A stretch of DNA of 64,000 nucleotides from Bacillota bacterium (GTDB lineage Bacteria; Bacillota; UBA994; UBA5500), in NCBI GenBank assembly GCA_023622465.1, contig JAMNZE010000011.1, positions 1,588 to 65,587 on the forward strand, read 5' to 3'. The translations under genes were made by a program, and so were the position numbers. Below, in pieces: positions 18,328 through 26,317 of this stretch. The first letter of the stretch is position 1, and each line of letters begins with the position of its first letter. Under the pieces are notes generated by a model. It was not told the origin of the DNA, searched no databases, and saw only the letters and a program-made list of their open reading frames with translations.

Positions 18328-19350
18328 TTATCTTAATGTGACCAAGGTCTCAGAAAAAGGTGGCTTAATGATGCCCTTCTCAGTGATCAAGGCGGTTACC
18401 AAGCGGGCCGGGGTCACATCAAAGGCCGGATTCCAGACCTGCGTACCCTCCGGCGCTAAGGGGAAATCGCCCACATGGGTAACTTCCTTCGCTTCCCGCT
18501 CTTCTATAACAATTTCCTCGCCCGACCGGATACCCAAATCGAGGGTAGACAGCGGACAAGCCACATAAAAGGGAATCTGGTGCTCTTTAGCAAGTACAGC
18601 TAGTGTATAAGTGCCAATCTTATTAGCCACATCGCCGTTGGCGGCCACCCGGTCAGCACCCACAATTACTAAGTCAACCCCCCCCTTGGCCATCAACCAA
18701 CCGGCCATGCTATCGGTAATGAGGGTAACGGGAATACCGTCTTGCATCAATTCAAAGGTGGTAAGACGGCTGCCCTGCAAATAGGGGCGCGTTTCATCGG
18801 CGAAGACTTCCACCTGCTTGCCCTGCTCCACAGCGGCTCGAATCACACCCAAGGCCGTACCATAACCCACGGTAGCCAACGCCCCCGCATTACAATGGGT
18901 TAGTATACGAGCCCGGTCAGGTACTAATTGGGCGCCGAAGCGTCCGATAGCCCGGTTTACCTCCACGTCTTCGGCCGCAATAGCGTCGGCTTCTTGCTCC
19001 AGCCGAACAGCCAGGGCACTGCCACACAGGCCGCTGCAGACTCTCAACATGCGCTCGATAGCCCAAGCCAAATTCACCGCCGTTGGACGGGTGGCACGCA
19101 ATTCGGCAGCGGCCCGCTCCAACACTGCCTGGCAAGCGGCCGGCGTAACCTCCTGCTGACAGGCTTGGGCCGCCAATACTAGGCCATAGGCAGCAGCCGC
19201 CCCAATGGCCGGCGCCCCTCTTACAATCATCTGCTTAATAGCCTTAGCCACATCCTGATAGGTATGGCATTCAACCCAGTCTATTGTGGCCGGTAATTTG
19301 GTTTGATCTAGTAGTTTCAGACTGTGACCAGTCCAAGCAACCGCTCGCAT
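18328..19350 (-). CDS. mtnA: S-methyl-5-thioribose-1-phosphate isomerase
   Basis: LLDQTKLP, VRGAPAIG, RPTAVNL, THCNAGALAT, ETRP.LQG, NKIGTY, NPAFDVTP. Confidence 0.96.
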   Translation of the reverse strand: MRAVAWTGHSLKLLDQTKLPATIDWVECHTYQDVAKAIKQMIVRGAPAIGAAAAYGLVLAAQACQQEVTPAACQAVLERAAAELRATRPTAVNLAWAIERMLRVCSGLCGSALAVRLEQEADAIAAEDVEVNRAIGRFGAQLVPDRARILTHCNAGALATVGYGTALGVIRAAVEQGKQVEVFADETRPYLQGSRLTTFELMQDGIPVTLITDSMAGWLMAKGGVDLVIVGADRVAANGDVANKIGTYTLAVLAKEHQIPFYVACPLSTLDLGIRSGEEIVIEEREAKEVTHVGDFPLAPEGTQVWNPAFDVTPARLVTALITEKGIIKPPFSETLVTLR

Positions 19351-19389
19351 CTTTCGCTCCCGCCCTTCTATACAAATGCAATTTGCCTT

Positions 19390-20322
19390 TTACAGTCTTC
19401 GCCACTTTGTTGCTACTTCCTGCTCCTCCAGATCAACTAATAGGTGATCCATGGACTGCTCCAGCTGCAGCACCGGTTTAAACAGATCGCCATGAATCTG
19501 GAGGCGATCTTTAATCGTTAGAATTGTGAAGTCCTGAGGACGAACTTGCATCCCTTCTATTTCAGCCCAAGTGACTGGGGTGGATACGGGGGCTCCTCCT
19601 TTTGGGCGCACACCATAAACGGTAGCCAGGGTCTGACCGAAAGCGTTTTGTAGGTAATCTAAATAGAGCTTACCTTCCCGTTTAGCAATGGTCCGTTCCA
19701 TGGTAGTAATCTCCGGCAAGACCGAGTGCACTGCTTGGCATAGCGCCTTAGCTACTAGCCGGATCTGTTCATAGGTATAAACCGGCCTTACGGGCACAAA
19801 AATTTGTATTCCTGTTGATCCGGAAAGCTTAGGAAAGCCTTTTAGTCCCCACAACTCCAACCCTTTCCCGACGGCTATAGCTGTTTGACAGATGTCTTCC
19901 CAGGTGGCCTTTTCCATCGGGTCCAAATCCAAAACCATATAAGTAGGATGCAACAAGTTGTCGGCGCGCGAAAGAAAGGGATGAATCTCAAAGGCACCGG
20001 AATTTACGACCCAAATCAACGAGGCCACATCGTCTACTAAGCAGTAATTGATGACTCGTCCTTTATCCGATTCTACAGGATAGGTTTTTAACCAGCTGGG
20101 GGCATGCTGGGGGGTGTTCTTTTGATAAAAGGATTTACCGAGCCACCCCTCAGGATATCGGGTTAAAACCAGTGGGCGCCCCTGCAAATGGGGTAACAGC
20201 CAGGGAGCGATTTCGATGTAATAATTGATTACATCGCCCTTTGTTATCCCCTCCTCAGGCCACCAAAGCTTATCTAAATTGGTAACGGTTACTTCCCGGT
20301 CGCCAATCTTTAGTGTAGCCAT
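19390..20322 (-). CDS. ligD: NHEJ LigD polymerase/primase domain, stand-alone
   Basis: TNLDK, RYPEG, FYQK, LDLDP, SGS.G.Q, YLDYLQN, PVSTP..W.E. Confidence 0.9.
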   Translation of the reverse strand: MATLKIGDREVTVTNLDKLWWPEEGITKGDVINYYIEIAPWLLPHLQGRPLVLTRYPEGWLGKSFYQKNTPQHAPSWLKTYPVESDKGRVINYCLVDDVASLIWVVNSGAFEIHPFLSRADNLLHPTYMVLDLDPMEKATWEDICQTAIAVGKGLELWGLKGFPKLSGSTGIQIFVPVRPVYTYEQIRLVAKALCQAVHSVLPEITTMERTIAKREGKLYLDYLQNAFGQTLATVYGVRPKGGAPVSTPVTWAEIEGMQVRPQDFTILTIKDRLQIHGDLFKPVLQLEQSMDHLLVDLEEQEVATKWRRL

Positions 20323-21275
20323 GGAGGCACCTCCCCTGGGGGTAAGCTACAGTCCGCCTTTGTCACTGGCAAGAAACCTAACACCACCGGCGCCCGCAGT
20401 TTACCGTCGGCCGACCACTCCTGGAAACGGATTTTGGCTGCCAAATAAGGCTCCACCCAACAGATCCGGCGGTCACCTTCCGCTGGTACGGTAGAAATAA
20501 ATGGACTTTGCTCCCGTTCTGCCGCCTGTAAGAATCCTTGTAGGGCCTCCCAATCAGCAGCCTTAAGACCGCTGGCGGCCCGCCCCACATAAACTAACCC
20601 TTTCTCTCCATATAGTCCCAGGAGAAGAGCGGAAGGCAAACCGTTGCGCAGGGTATAACCCCCTACTGCGCAATCAAGCTGACGCCAATGTTTTACTTTA
20701 CGCCAATCGGTGCTCTTTTTTCCCGGTCTATAGGCGCTTTGTAGCCGTTTGCATACGATCCCTTCCCAGCCCAGTTGACCCACCGCCTTATAGAGGGCTT
20801 TCCCTTCAGGAAAATTCTCCACCAGGTGTAGTTGGGAACATCCATCGGGCCAATTCTCGGCCAAAGTAGCCTGTCGAGCCTCTAATGGCCAAGGGCGAAT
20901 ATCCTTGCCCTGCCAATAAAGCATATCGAAAACCGCATAGGTAACAGGAAATTCCTCCATTCCCCGTCTTATTGCTGCCGCTTGCCGCCGTTGCTCCCGT
21001 TTGAGGATAAGCTCAAACTGTGGTTTTCCAGCGGCTAGCACCACCAGCTCCCCGTCCACTACCGTGCCGGCGGGAAAGGCGGTCACCAGCTGGGCAATTT
21101 CCGGGTATTGCTGGGTACGGCTGACTCCCTTACGGTTTATCAACTGCACCTGTTGGCTAGACCAAAGGGCTAACATGCGCACCCCATCCCATTTGACTTG
21201 GAAGGTCCAGCCGGCCTCATTAAAGGGTTCGGGCCAAGGAATCGGCTCCATGGGGCGCAAGTCATAATTACCCAT
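20310..21275 (-). CDS. ATP-dependent DNA ligase (LigD/LigC ligase + OB domain)
   Basis: KWDG.R, DGELV, FDML, EGIV.K, W.KVK, LRAP. Confidence 0.92.
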   Translation of the reverse strand: MGNYDLRPMEPIPWPEPFNEAGWTFQVKWDGVRMLALWSSQQVQLINRKGVSRTQQYPEIAQLVTAFPAGTVVDGELVVLAAGKPQFELILKREQRRQAAAIRRGMEEFPVTYAVFDMLYWQGKDIRPWPLEARQATLAENWPDGCSQLHLVENFPEGKALYKAVGQLGWEGIVCKRLQSAYRPGKKSTDWRKVKHWRQLDCAVGGYTLRNGLPSALLLGLYGEKGLVYVGRAASGLKAADWEALQGFLQAAEREQSPFISTVPAEGDRRICWVEPYLAAKIRFQEWSADGKLRAPVVLGFLPVTKADCSLPPGEVPPWLH

Positions 21276-21277
21276 CG

Positions 21278-22066
21278 TTACGCACCCGTTTTTTGCTTGC
21301 TTTTTTCCACTAGTGCTAAGCTGGCCTGCAAAGCCTCCATTAGGTCGATTACCTGACCCGAAGGTTGTTCTTTAGGCACGGCCACTGCCTCACCGGCAAT
21401 CTTGGCTTCGATCACCTTCAGTAACTCATCCCGGTAATCGTCGGTATACTTTTCCGGTTGGAAAGAGCCGCTCAAGCTTTCAATTAACTGGGTAGCCATC
21501 CGCATCTCCCCCTCCTGCAAGGCGATTTCACGCTCTGGGAGAAGGGAATCGGCCGCTCGGATTTCATCGGGATAAAACATCAAGGCTAAGGATAAACACT
21601 GGGGCAAAACCCGGACGGCCGCCAAGTGTTGCTTGTTGCGTAATACCACTTTAGCAATAGCGACTTTTCCCGTTTCTTCCATAGCCTTACGTAGCAACCA
21701 GTAGGCTTTTTGCCCCGTGTCCCCTACCCCTAGATAATAAGATTTATAAAAATAGATGGGGTCGATTTCCTCTAAATCTACAAAGTCGATAATATCGATG
21801 GAGCGGGTTTGGGCAATAGCCAGCGCTTCCAGTTCCTCTTCATCCAAAACTACAAAGCGCCCCTTCTCGTACTCGTAGGCCTTCACCAACTCCTCGGCTG
21901 CCACCTCCTGCTGGCAGGTGGGGCAAAACTTGCGATACTGAATTGGCGTATTACAGGCCTTATGTAAGGTGCGAAAGCGAATATCCTTGTCTTGGGTAGC
22001 CGCAAACATTTTCACTGGCACATTGACTAGACCAAAGCTTATAGATCCATTCCAAATACTGCGCAT
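21278..22066 (-). CDS. ku: NHEJ DNA end-binding protein Ku
   Basis: MRSIW.GSISFGLVNVPVK, IDPIYF, Y.DDYR, VIDLMEAL.ASL. Confidence 0.96.
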   Translation of the reverse strand: MRSIWNGSISFGLVNVPVKMFAATQDKDIRFRTLHKACNTPIQYRKFCPTCQQEVAAEELVKAYEYEKGRFVVLDEEELEALAIAQTRSIDIIDFVDLEEIDPIYFYKSYYLGVGDTGQKAYWLLRKAMEETGKVAIAKVVLRNKQHLAAVRVLPQCLSLALMFYPDEIRAADSLLPEREIALQEGEMRMATQLIESLSGSFQPEKYTDDYRDELLKVIEAKIAGEAVAVPKEQPSGQVIDLMEALQASLALVEKSKQKTGA

Positions 22067-22136
22067 AAGAAAACCACCTCCAGTAGGCTTTTGTTTCTAG
22101 CCTAACCGTCGGTGGTATGCTTTAGTCTATCGAAAT

Positions 22137-22928
22137 CTAGCGCTCACAGGGTGCAGTGCAGTCGGTACATTCCCGCTTTCTGGCTTTCAGCGGTGGCTCC
22201 TGTTTCAATTTCTGCACATATTCCATGACCACCTTTATGGCATCGGCCGCACCTTGAGCCGCAATCGTAACCGCACCTTCCGAGCCATCCACTCCTCCGG
22301 CTGCTACAACGGCAGCTTCCACGCCAAAGAGACCATTAAGAGCTTCGATCTCAGTGATTATTTCTCCGGTACTCACCACGAACATGCCGCAAGCCATCCC
22401 TACACGCTGATCGATCCGGCCATGGCCTAAGAGACTACTGGCAGTAACCACGTCGGGGACCAGCTTCTCCATGCCTACCGGCATTACTAAATGGGCGCCA
22501 CTGCCAGCTAGATAACCCATAGCTTGCCCGATAGTCCCTCCCGAACTGGAACCGAGCAAAATCCCCGCATTACCCAACAGGTCAAAAGCATTTGCCCCTT
22601 TGATAAACACATCATCTGGGCCAAAATCTTTAATAACCTCGGTCCACGGTTGGTCAACCCGTTCCCCTTGCACAAAAACCGCCGATGCTAAGCGAGTAGC
22701 CGGGTCAGTAGTGCAAGCCACACCATCGGTTATGATACCGGCAGTGTACCTACCTTTATCGATGGTAGTCCCCGTTAATTCTTCCAACACATAGGCGTTA
22801 GTGGTACCACCGGCAATTATCAAGCGTCCGTGGCGCAAAGCCTGCTGTACGCAAGCCATTTCTGCCACCGCCTTTCCGATCAGGCGCTTAGATTGACTCG
22901 GGGTTAACGTAAAAAAGCATGTCTGCAT
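22137..22928 (-). CDS. Conserved hypothetical protein, possible NagB/RpiA/CoA-transferase-like fold, C-terminal CxxCxxxC
   Basis: GGAGG RBS; GTTNAY, FIKGANA.D, GGTIG, PVG.EK, GG..GSEG motifs. Confidence 0.6.
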   Translation of the reverse strand: MQTCFFTLTPSQSKRLIGKAVAEMACVQQALRHGRLIIAGGTTNAYVLEELTGTTIDKGRYTAGIITDGVACTTDPATRLASAVFVQGERVDQPWTEVIKDFGPDDVFIKGANAFDLLGNAGILLGSSSGGTIGQAMGYLAGSGAHLVMPVGMEKLVPDVVTASSLLGHGRIDQRVGMACGMFVVSTGEIITEIEALNGLFGVEAAVVAAGGVDGSEGAVTIAAQGAADAIKVVMEYVQKLKQEPPLKARKRECTDCTAPCER

Positions 22929-22990
22929 GTCTTGTACCTCCTGCCCATTTCAACTATGTATTTATTGTTATTATAACGCATGTAGTGGGT

Positions 22991-23629
22991 TTAGGCTGTT
23001 TCGCTAATTCGAGCGTCGATCTTTCGCTTGACACGGCAGAGGGCATTATCCACGGCTTTTGGTGTAGTATCCAGAGCTGATGCGATTTCCCGGTAGGTTT
23101 GGTCATTTAAGTACAACAAGAAAACTTTATATTCAAAATCGCTGAGCAAATACCGCAAGCTATCACATACGGCCTCCAACTGTTCCCGCACCAAGAACAT
23201 CTCCGCCGGGTCGGACGTTCTTTCATCGGGCAACACTTCTAGTAACTGGCGGTCCGAACCATCGGTATAAATAGGCTTGTCCAGTGAAAGGTAATAATTC
23301 AAAGGCGCATGTTTTTGGCGAGAAGCAGCTTTTACAGCAGTAATTACTTGGCGTGTTATGCACATTTCCGCAAAGGGGCGAAAGCTTGTCCCTCGCAAAG
23401 GCGAAAAATCCCGGATCGCTTTATGCAAACCAATCATGCCTTCTTGCAGGATATCATCCCGATCGGCCCCGGCGATGAAATAGGATTTTGCTTTGCTCAT
23501 GATCAACGATCGGTATTTAAGAAGCAAATAGTCGCTGGCTCCCTCGTCCCCCTTTTGGGCAGCTTCTACCAACTCTTCATCGGTCAGTTGCGCATAAGAA
23601 GCCTGCTCGCCCTCGGTCCATTGCAGCAT
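22991..23629 (-). CDS. sigH: SigH-like RNA polymerase sigma factor (divergent)
   Basis: SYF..GADR.D..QEGMIGL.KAIRDF, CITRQ.ITA.K...RQKH.PLN, DNAL.RVKRK. Confidence 0.88.
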   Translation of the reverse strand: MLQWTEGEQASYAQLTDEELVEAAQKGDEGASDYLLLKYRSLIMSKAKSYFIAGADRDDILQEGMIGLHKAIRDFSPLRGTSFRPFAEMCITRQVITAVKAASRQKHAPLNYYLSLDKPIYTDGSDRQLLEVLPDERTSDPAEMFLVREQLEAVCDSLRYLLSDFEYKVFLLYLNDQTYREIASALDTTPKAVDNALCRVKRKIDARISETA

Positions 23630-23686
23630 TATACCTAACCCCCTGGTGCAAATTATTTTGTTATTAAGTAGCTTTGCTTCACAAAG

Positions 23687-23715
23687 ATAATAACTAACAA
23701 ATATATCCTTGTCAA
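23687..23715 (-). promoter_or_regulatory. SigA promoter of sigH
   Basis: TTGACA-17-TATTAT. Confidence 0.75.
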
Positions 23716-23750
23716 TGCAATATGCTGAAAATTACGTACTATACCTGCAA

Positions 23751-23777
23751 TTCGACACTATTCCATACACTTCGACA
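23751..23777 (-). promoter_or_regulatory. Two Spo0A boxes (TGTCGAA) 20 bp apart
   Basis: TTCGACA on plus at 23751-23757 and 23771-23777. Confidence 0.65.
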
Positions 23778-23796
23778 TCTCGCTATTTTTTTCCTG

Positions 23797-23905
23797 TTGC
23801 ATTGCCCACCACAGCGTGTTATACTTATTCTCGCCCGCTCCTTTGGCGGACCAAGATTTACACACAAAATAAGAACTTGACGACATAATTTAAATCGGTT
23901 ATAAT
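23797..23905 (+). promoter_or_regulatory. Tandem SigA promoters of the tRNA operon
   Basis: TTGCAT-17-TATACT (23797-23825) and TTGACG-17-TATAAT (23877-23905). Confidence 0.8.
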
Positions 23906-23920
23906 TCTACATGTCCGCCG

Positions 23921-23998
23921 CGGGGCGTAGCGCAGTTTGGCTAGCGCGCCTGCCTTGGGAGCAGGAGGCCGGGGGTTCAAATCCCTCCGCCCCGACCA
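23921..23998 (+). tRNA. tRNA-Pro (TGG)
   Basis: Cloverleaf, loop CTTGGGA, CCA end. Confidence 0.97.
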
Positions 23999-24007
23999 TT
24001 GTATCGT

Positions 24008-24082
24008 GGCCCCATAGTGAAGCGGTTAACACACCAGCCTTTCACGCTGGCGGCGCGGGTTCGAATCCCGCTGGGGTCACCA
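24008..24082 (+). tRNA. tRNA-Glu (TTC)
   Basis: Cloverleaf, loop CTTTCAC, CCA end. Confidence 0.96.
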
Positions 24083-24095
24083 TCTTTGACAATCA

Positions 24096-24171
<76 letters not shown>

Positions 24172-24179
24172 TATAACGG

Positions 24180-24264
24180 GGAGGGATACCCAAGTGGCTA
24201 AAGGGGGCAGACTGTAAATCTGCTGGCAGTGCCTTCGCTGGTTCGAATCCAGCTCCCTCCACCA
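24180..24264 (+). tRNA. tRNA-Tyr (GTA)
   Basis: Loop CTGTAAA, long variable arm, CCA end. Confidence 0.97.
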
Positions 24265-24275
24265 CTTTCCTTCGC

Positions 24276-24350
24276 TGGGGTGTAGCCAAGTGGTAAGGCA
24301 CAGGACTTTGACTCCTGCATTCGTTGGTTCGAATCCAGCCACCCCAGCCA
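24276..24350 (+). tRNA. tRNA-Gln (TTG)
   Basis: Loop CTTTGAC, CCA end. Confidence 0.97.
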
Positions 24351-24357
24351 TTTTCAT

Positions 24358-24432
24358 GGGCCATTAGCTCAGTGGTAGAGCATCCGCCTTTTAAGCGGAG
24401 AGTCGTTGGTTCGAGTCCAACATGGCCCACCA
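24358..24432 (+). tRNA. tRNA-Lys (TTT)
   Basis: Loop CTTTTAA, CCA end. Confidence 0.97.
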
Positions 24433-24446
24433 TTTCTTTATAATCT

Positions 24447-24532
24447 GCGAGGGTGGCGGAATTGGCAGACGCGCTAGACTTAGGATCTAGTACCCTTGTG
24501 GTGTAGGGGTTCGACTCCCCTCCTTCGCACCA
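24447..24532 (+). tRNA. tRNA-Leu (TAG)
   Basis: Loop CTTAGGA, long variable arm, CCA end. Confidence 0.97.
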
Positions 24533-24541
24533 ATGAAATCG

Positions 24542-24570
24542 AAAACGGAGCATTTTTGCTCCGTTTTTTG
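24542..24570 (+). terminator. tRNA operon terminator
   Basis: AAAACGGAGCA/TGCTCCGTTTT plus T-run. Confidence 0.88.
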
Positions 24571-24599
24571 TTATATATCTGGCTTACCCTTTTCCTGCT

Positions 24600-24806
24600 C
24601 ATACTAATGGTCTTGTTTATTTGCCCCCCGATGCTTGGTACCTGGCGGAAAGAGGTATGATCACCACCGCCACGATGATTGCCGACTTGAAAGAACCCTA
24701 CTAGACAAGTGGTGAAATACTATTTTGGCAAGCAGAAAGGCAGTAGATTTTGCTTGGAACCGGGAGTAGCCTCACAGGTCCCCTACGCGGTATCTACTGC
24801 CCTTTT
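24600..24806 (+). ncRNA. Candidate structured small RNA (unassigned)
   Basis: CATACTA -10-like element, long irregular hairpin 24612-24709, second stem 24739-24801 ending in TTTT; no convincing ORF. Confidence 0.35.
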
Positions 24807-25589
24807 CTATGCCCTTTGATAAAAAAAGGAGTCGAAAATGCGAAAGCCATATTCCTGAGGGCGAAACATCTGTTCTGTGCTACCCAAAAATAGTACTCCG
24901 CCGGATTTGAGACTAGCGGCAAACTGCCAATAGAGCTTATGCTTAATTTCATCGGTGAAATATATCAGCACGTTGCGGCAAACAATCAAATCCAGATCTT
25001 GCGGGTAGGGGTCGGCCAGTAGATTGTGTTTACGAAATTCGACAGTCTGACGAATTTCCGGAGCAACTTCAAAGGTGCTGGGCCTCTCAATTATGTATTT
25101 GCTTCTAAAACGCTGGGGAATCTGGCTGATTTGACCTTTAGGATAAACGGCAGCTTGGGCCCGTTGCATAACTCCCATATCAATATCCGTCGCCAAAATA
25201 CTGAAACTAACCCCGGGGAAGGAGTCGCGCAACAACATGGCCAACGAATAGGGCTCTTCCCCGCTGGAACAAGCCGCACTCCAGATTCTTAAATGCTGAG
25301 TGGCATTTAAGCCTAATAATTCGGGAAGTACCTTTTTCTCTAAGACTCGCCACCGCTCCTCGTTACGGAAGAACTCGGATACGTTAATTGTAATTCGATC
25401 TATAAATTCATCTAAAGCCTGTTTATCAGTCGCTAACAAGTCATAGTAGGCTAAGAAAGAGTGGAAGCCCCGTCGGTTCATCAGGCTGGTGATCCGCCGC
25501 CTCATCTGCTTCTCTTTGTAATTGCTCAGATCCACGTCGATAAGTTGTTTAACCTTGCCCGTAAACAATGCATACTCGTCGGTGGCCAT
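24807..25589 (-). CDS. cheR: Chemotaxis protein-glutamate O-methyltransferase
   Basis: INVSEFFRN, IWSAACSSGEEPYS, ATDID, CRNVLIYF. Confidence 0.95.
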   Translation of the reverse strand: MATDEYALFTGKVKQLIDVDLSNYKEKQMRRRITSLMNRRGFHSFLAYYDLLATDKQALDEFIDRITINVSEFFRNEERWRVLEKKVLPELLGLNATQHLRIWSAACSSGEEPYSLAMLLRDSFPGVSFSILATDIDMGVMQRAQAAVYPKGQISQIPQRFRSKYIIERPSTFEVAPEIRQTVEFRKHNLLADPYPQDLDLIVCRNVLIYFTDEIKHKLYWQFAASLKSGGVLFLGSTEQMFRPQEYGFRIFDSFFYQRA

Positions 25590-25725
25590 CGAGAACCTCC
25601 TCCCTTCTTTCGTTTATCTGGTCAAACAAACAGCAGCCGCTCTTCTCCATACTAGGGTTCAGATAGGCTGCTGCAATCACTCGCATATGATCTTGGCCAG
25701 CTTTGGAGAGGTATTAGACGGGCCG

Positions 25726-26106
25726 TTACAGGCTAACAACCTGTTTAGGCGCAGGCGAGTCAAAAATGCCTCGCTCAACCTCCGTAGCTGTCATATTTTG
25801 AGCCTGAAAGTGCTTGGTGATATAGTTGCATGCGTCCCAGGGGTTAACACGATCACCACAGGTGAAAACGTCAACTGCTGCATAACCTAATTCTGGCCAA
25901 CTATGAATTGCCAGATGCGATTCGGAGATTACAACAACGCCACTAACACCCTGAGGGCTAAATTTATGGAACACCACTTCGCGTATTTCGGCACCGGCCT
26001 CTAAGGCCGCATTAACCATGATCTTTTCCACCAGCTGCACATCGTTGAGAATGTCAGCAGGGCATCCATAAATTTCAGCCAGAATATGACGGCCCAGTGG
26101 ATTCAT
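25726..26106 (-). CDS. speD: S-adenosylmethionine decarboxylase proenzyme
   Basis: HKFSPQGVS, ISESHL cleavage site, HSWPE, DVFTCG. Confidence 0.96.
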   Translation of the reverse strand: MNPLGRHILAEIYGCPADILNDVQLVEKIMVNAALEAGAEIREVVFHKFSPQGVSGVVVISESHLAIHSWPELGYAAVDVFTCGDRVNPWDACNYITKHFQAQNMTATEVERGIFDSPAPKQVVSL

Positions 26107-26317
26107 CTAATTCCTCTTCCTCCTTTTTCCAGTAATTTATTAGTGGTCAATTCATTCTAGCAAATTGTTCAAGAAAGTCAATTGCCTGACAGCAGGGAAA
26201 AAATATCGCGCCTATAGCTCTTCGCTATAGACGCGAAAACTGCTGTAGGAAATTGCTACTTGGCTAGGCCTGATGAAATTGACTAGGACTTATTGTAGAG
26301 GAAAAGCCTTGTCCATG

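Noticed and set aside
24760..24775. yybP-ykoY riboswitch (GGGAGTAGC)
   Set aside because: Only a short match; the rest of the motif and a downstream gene are missing.
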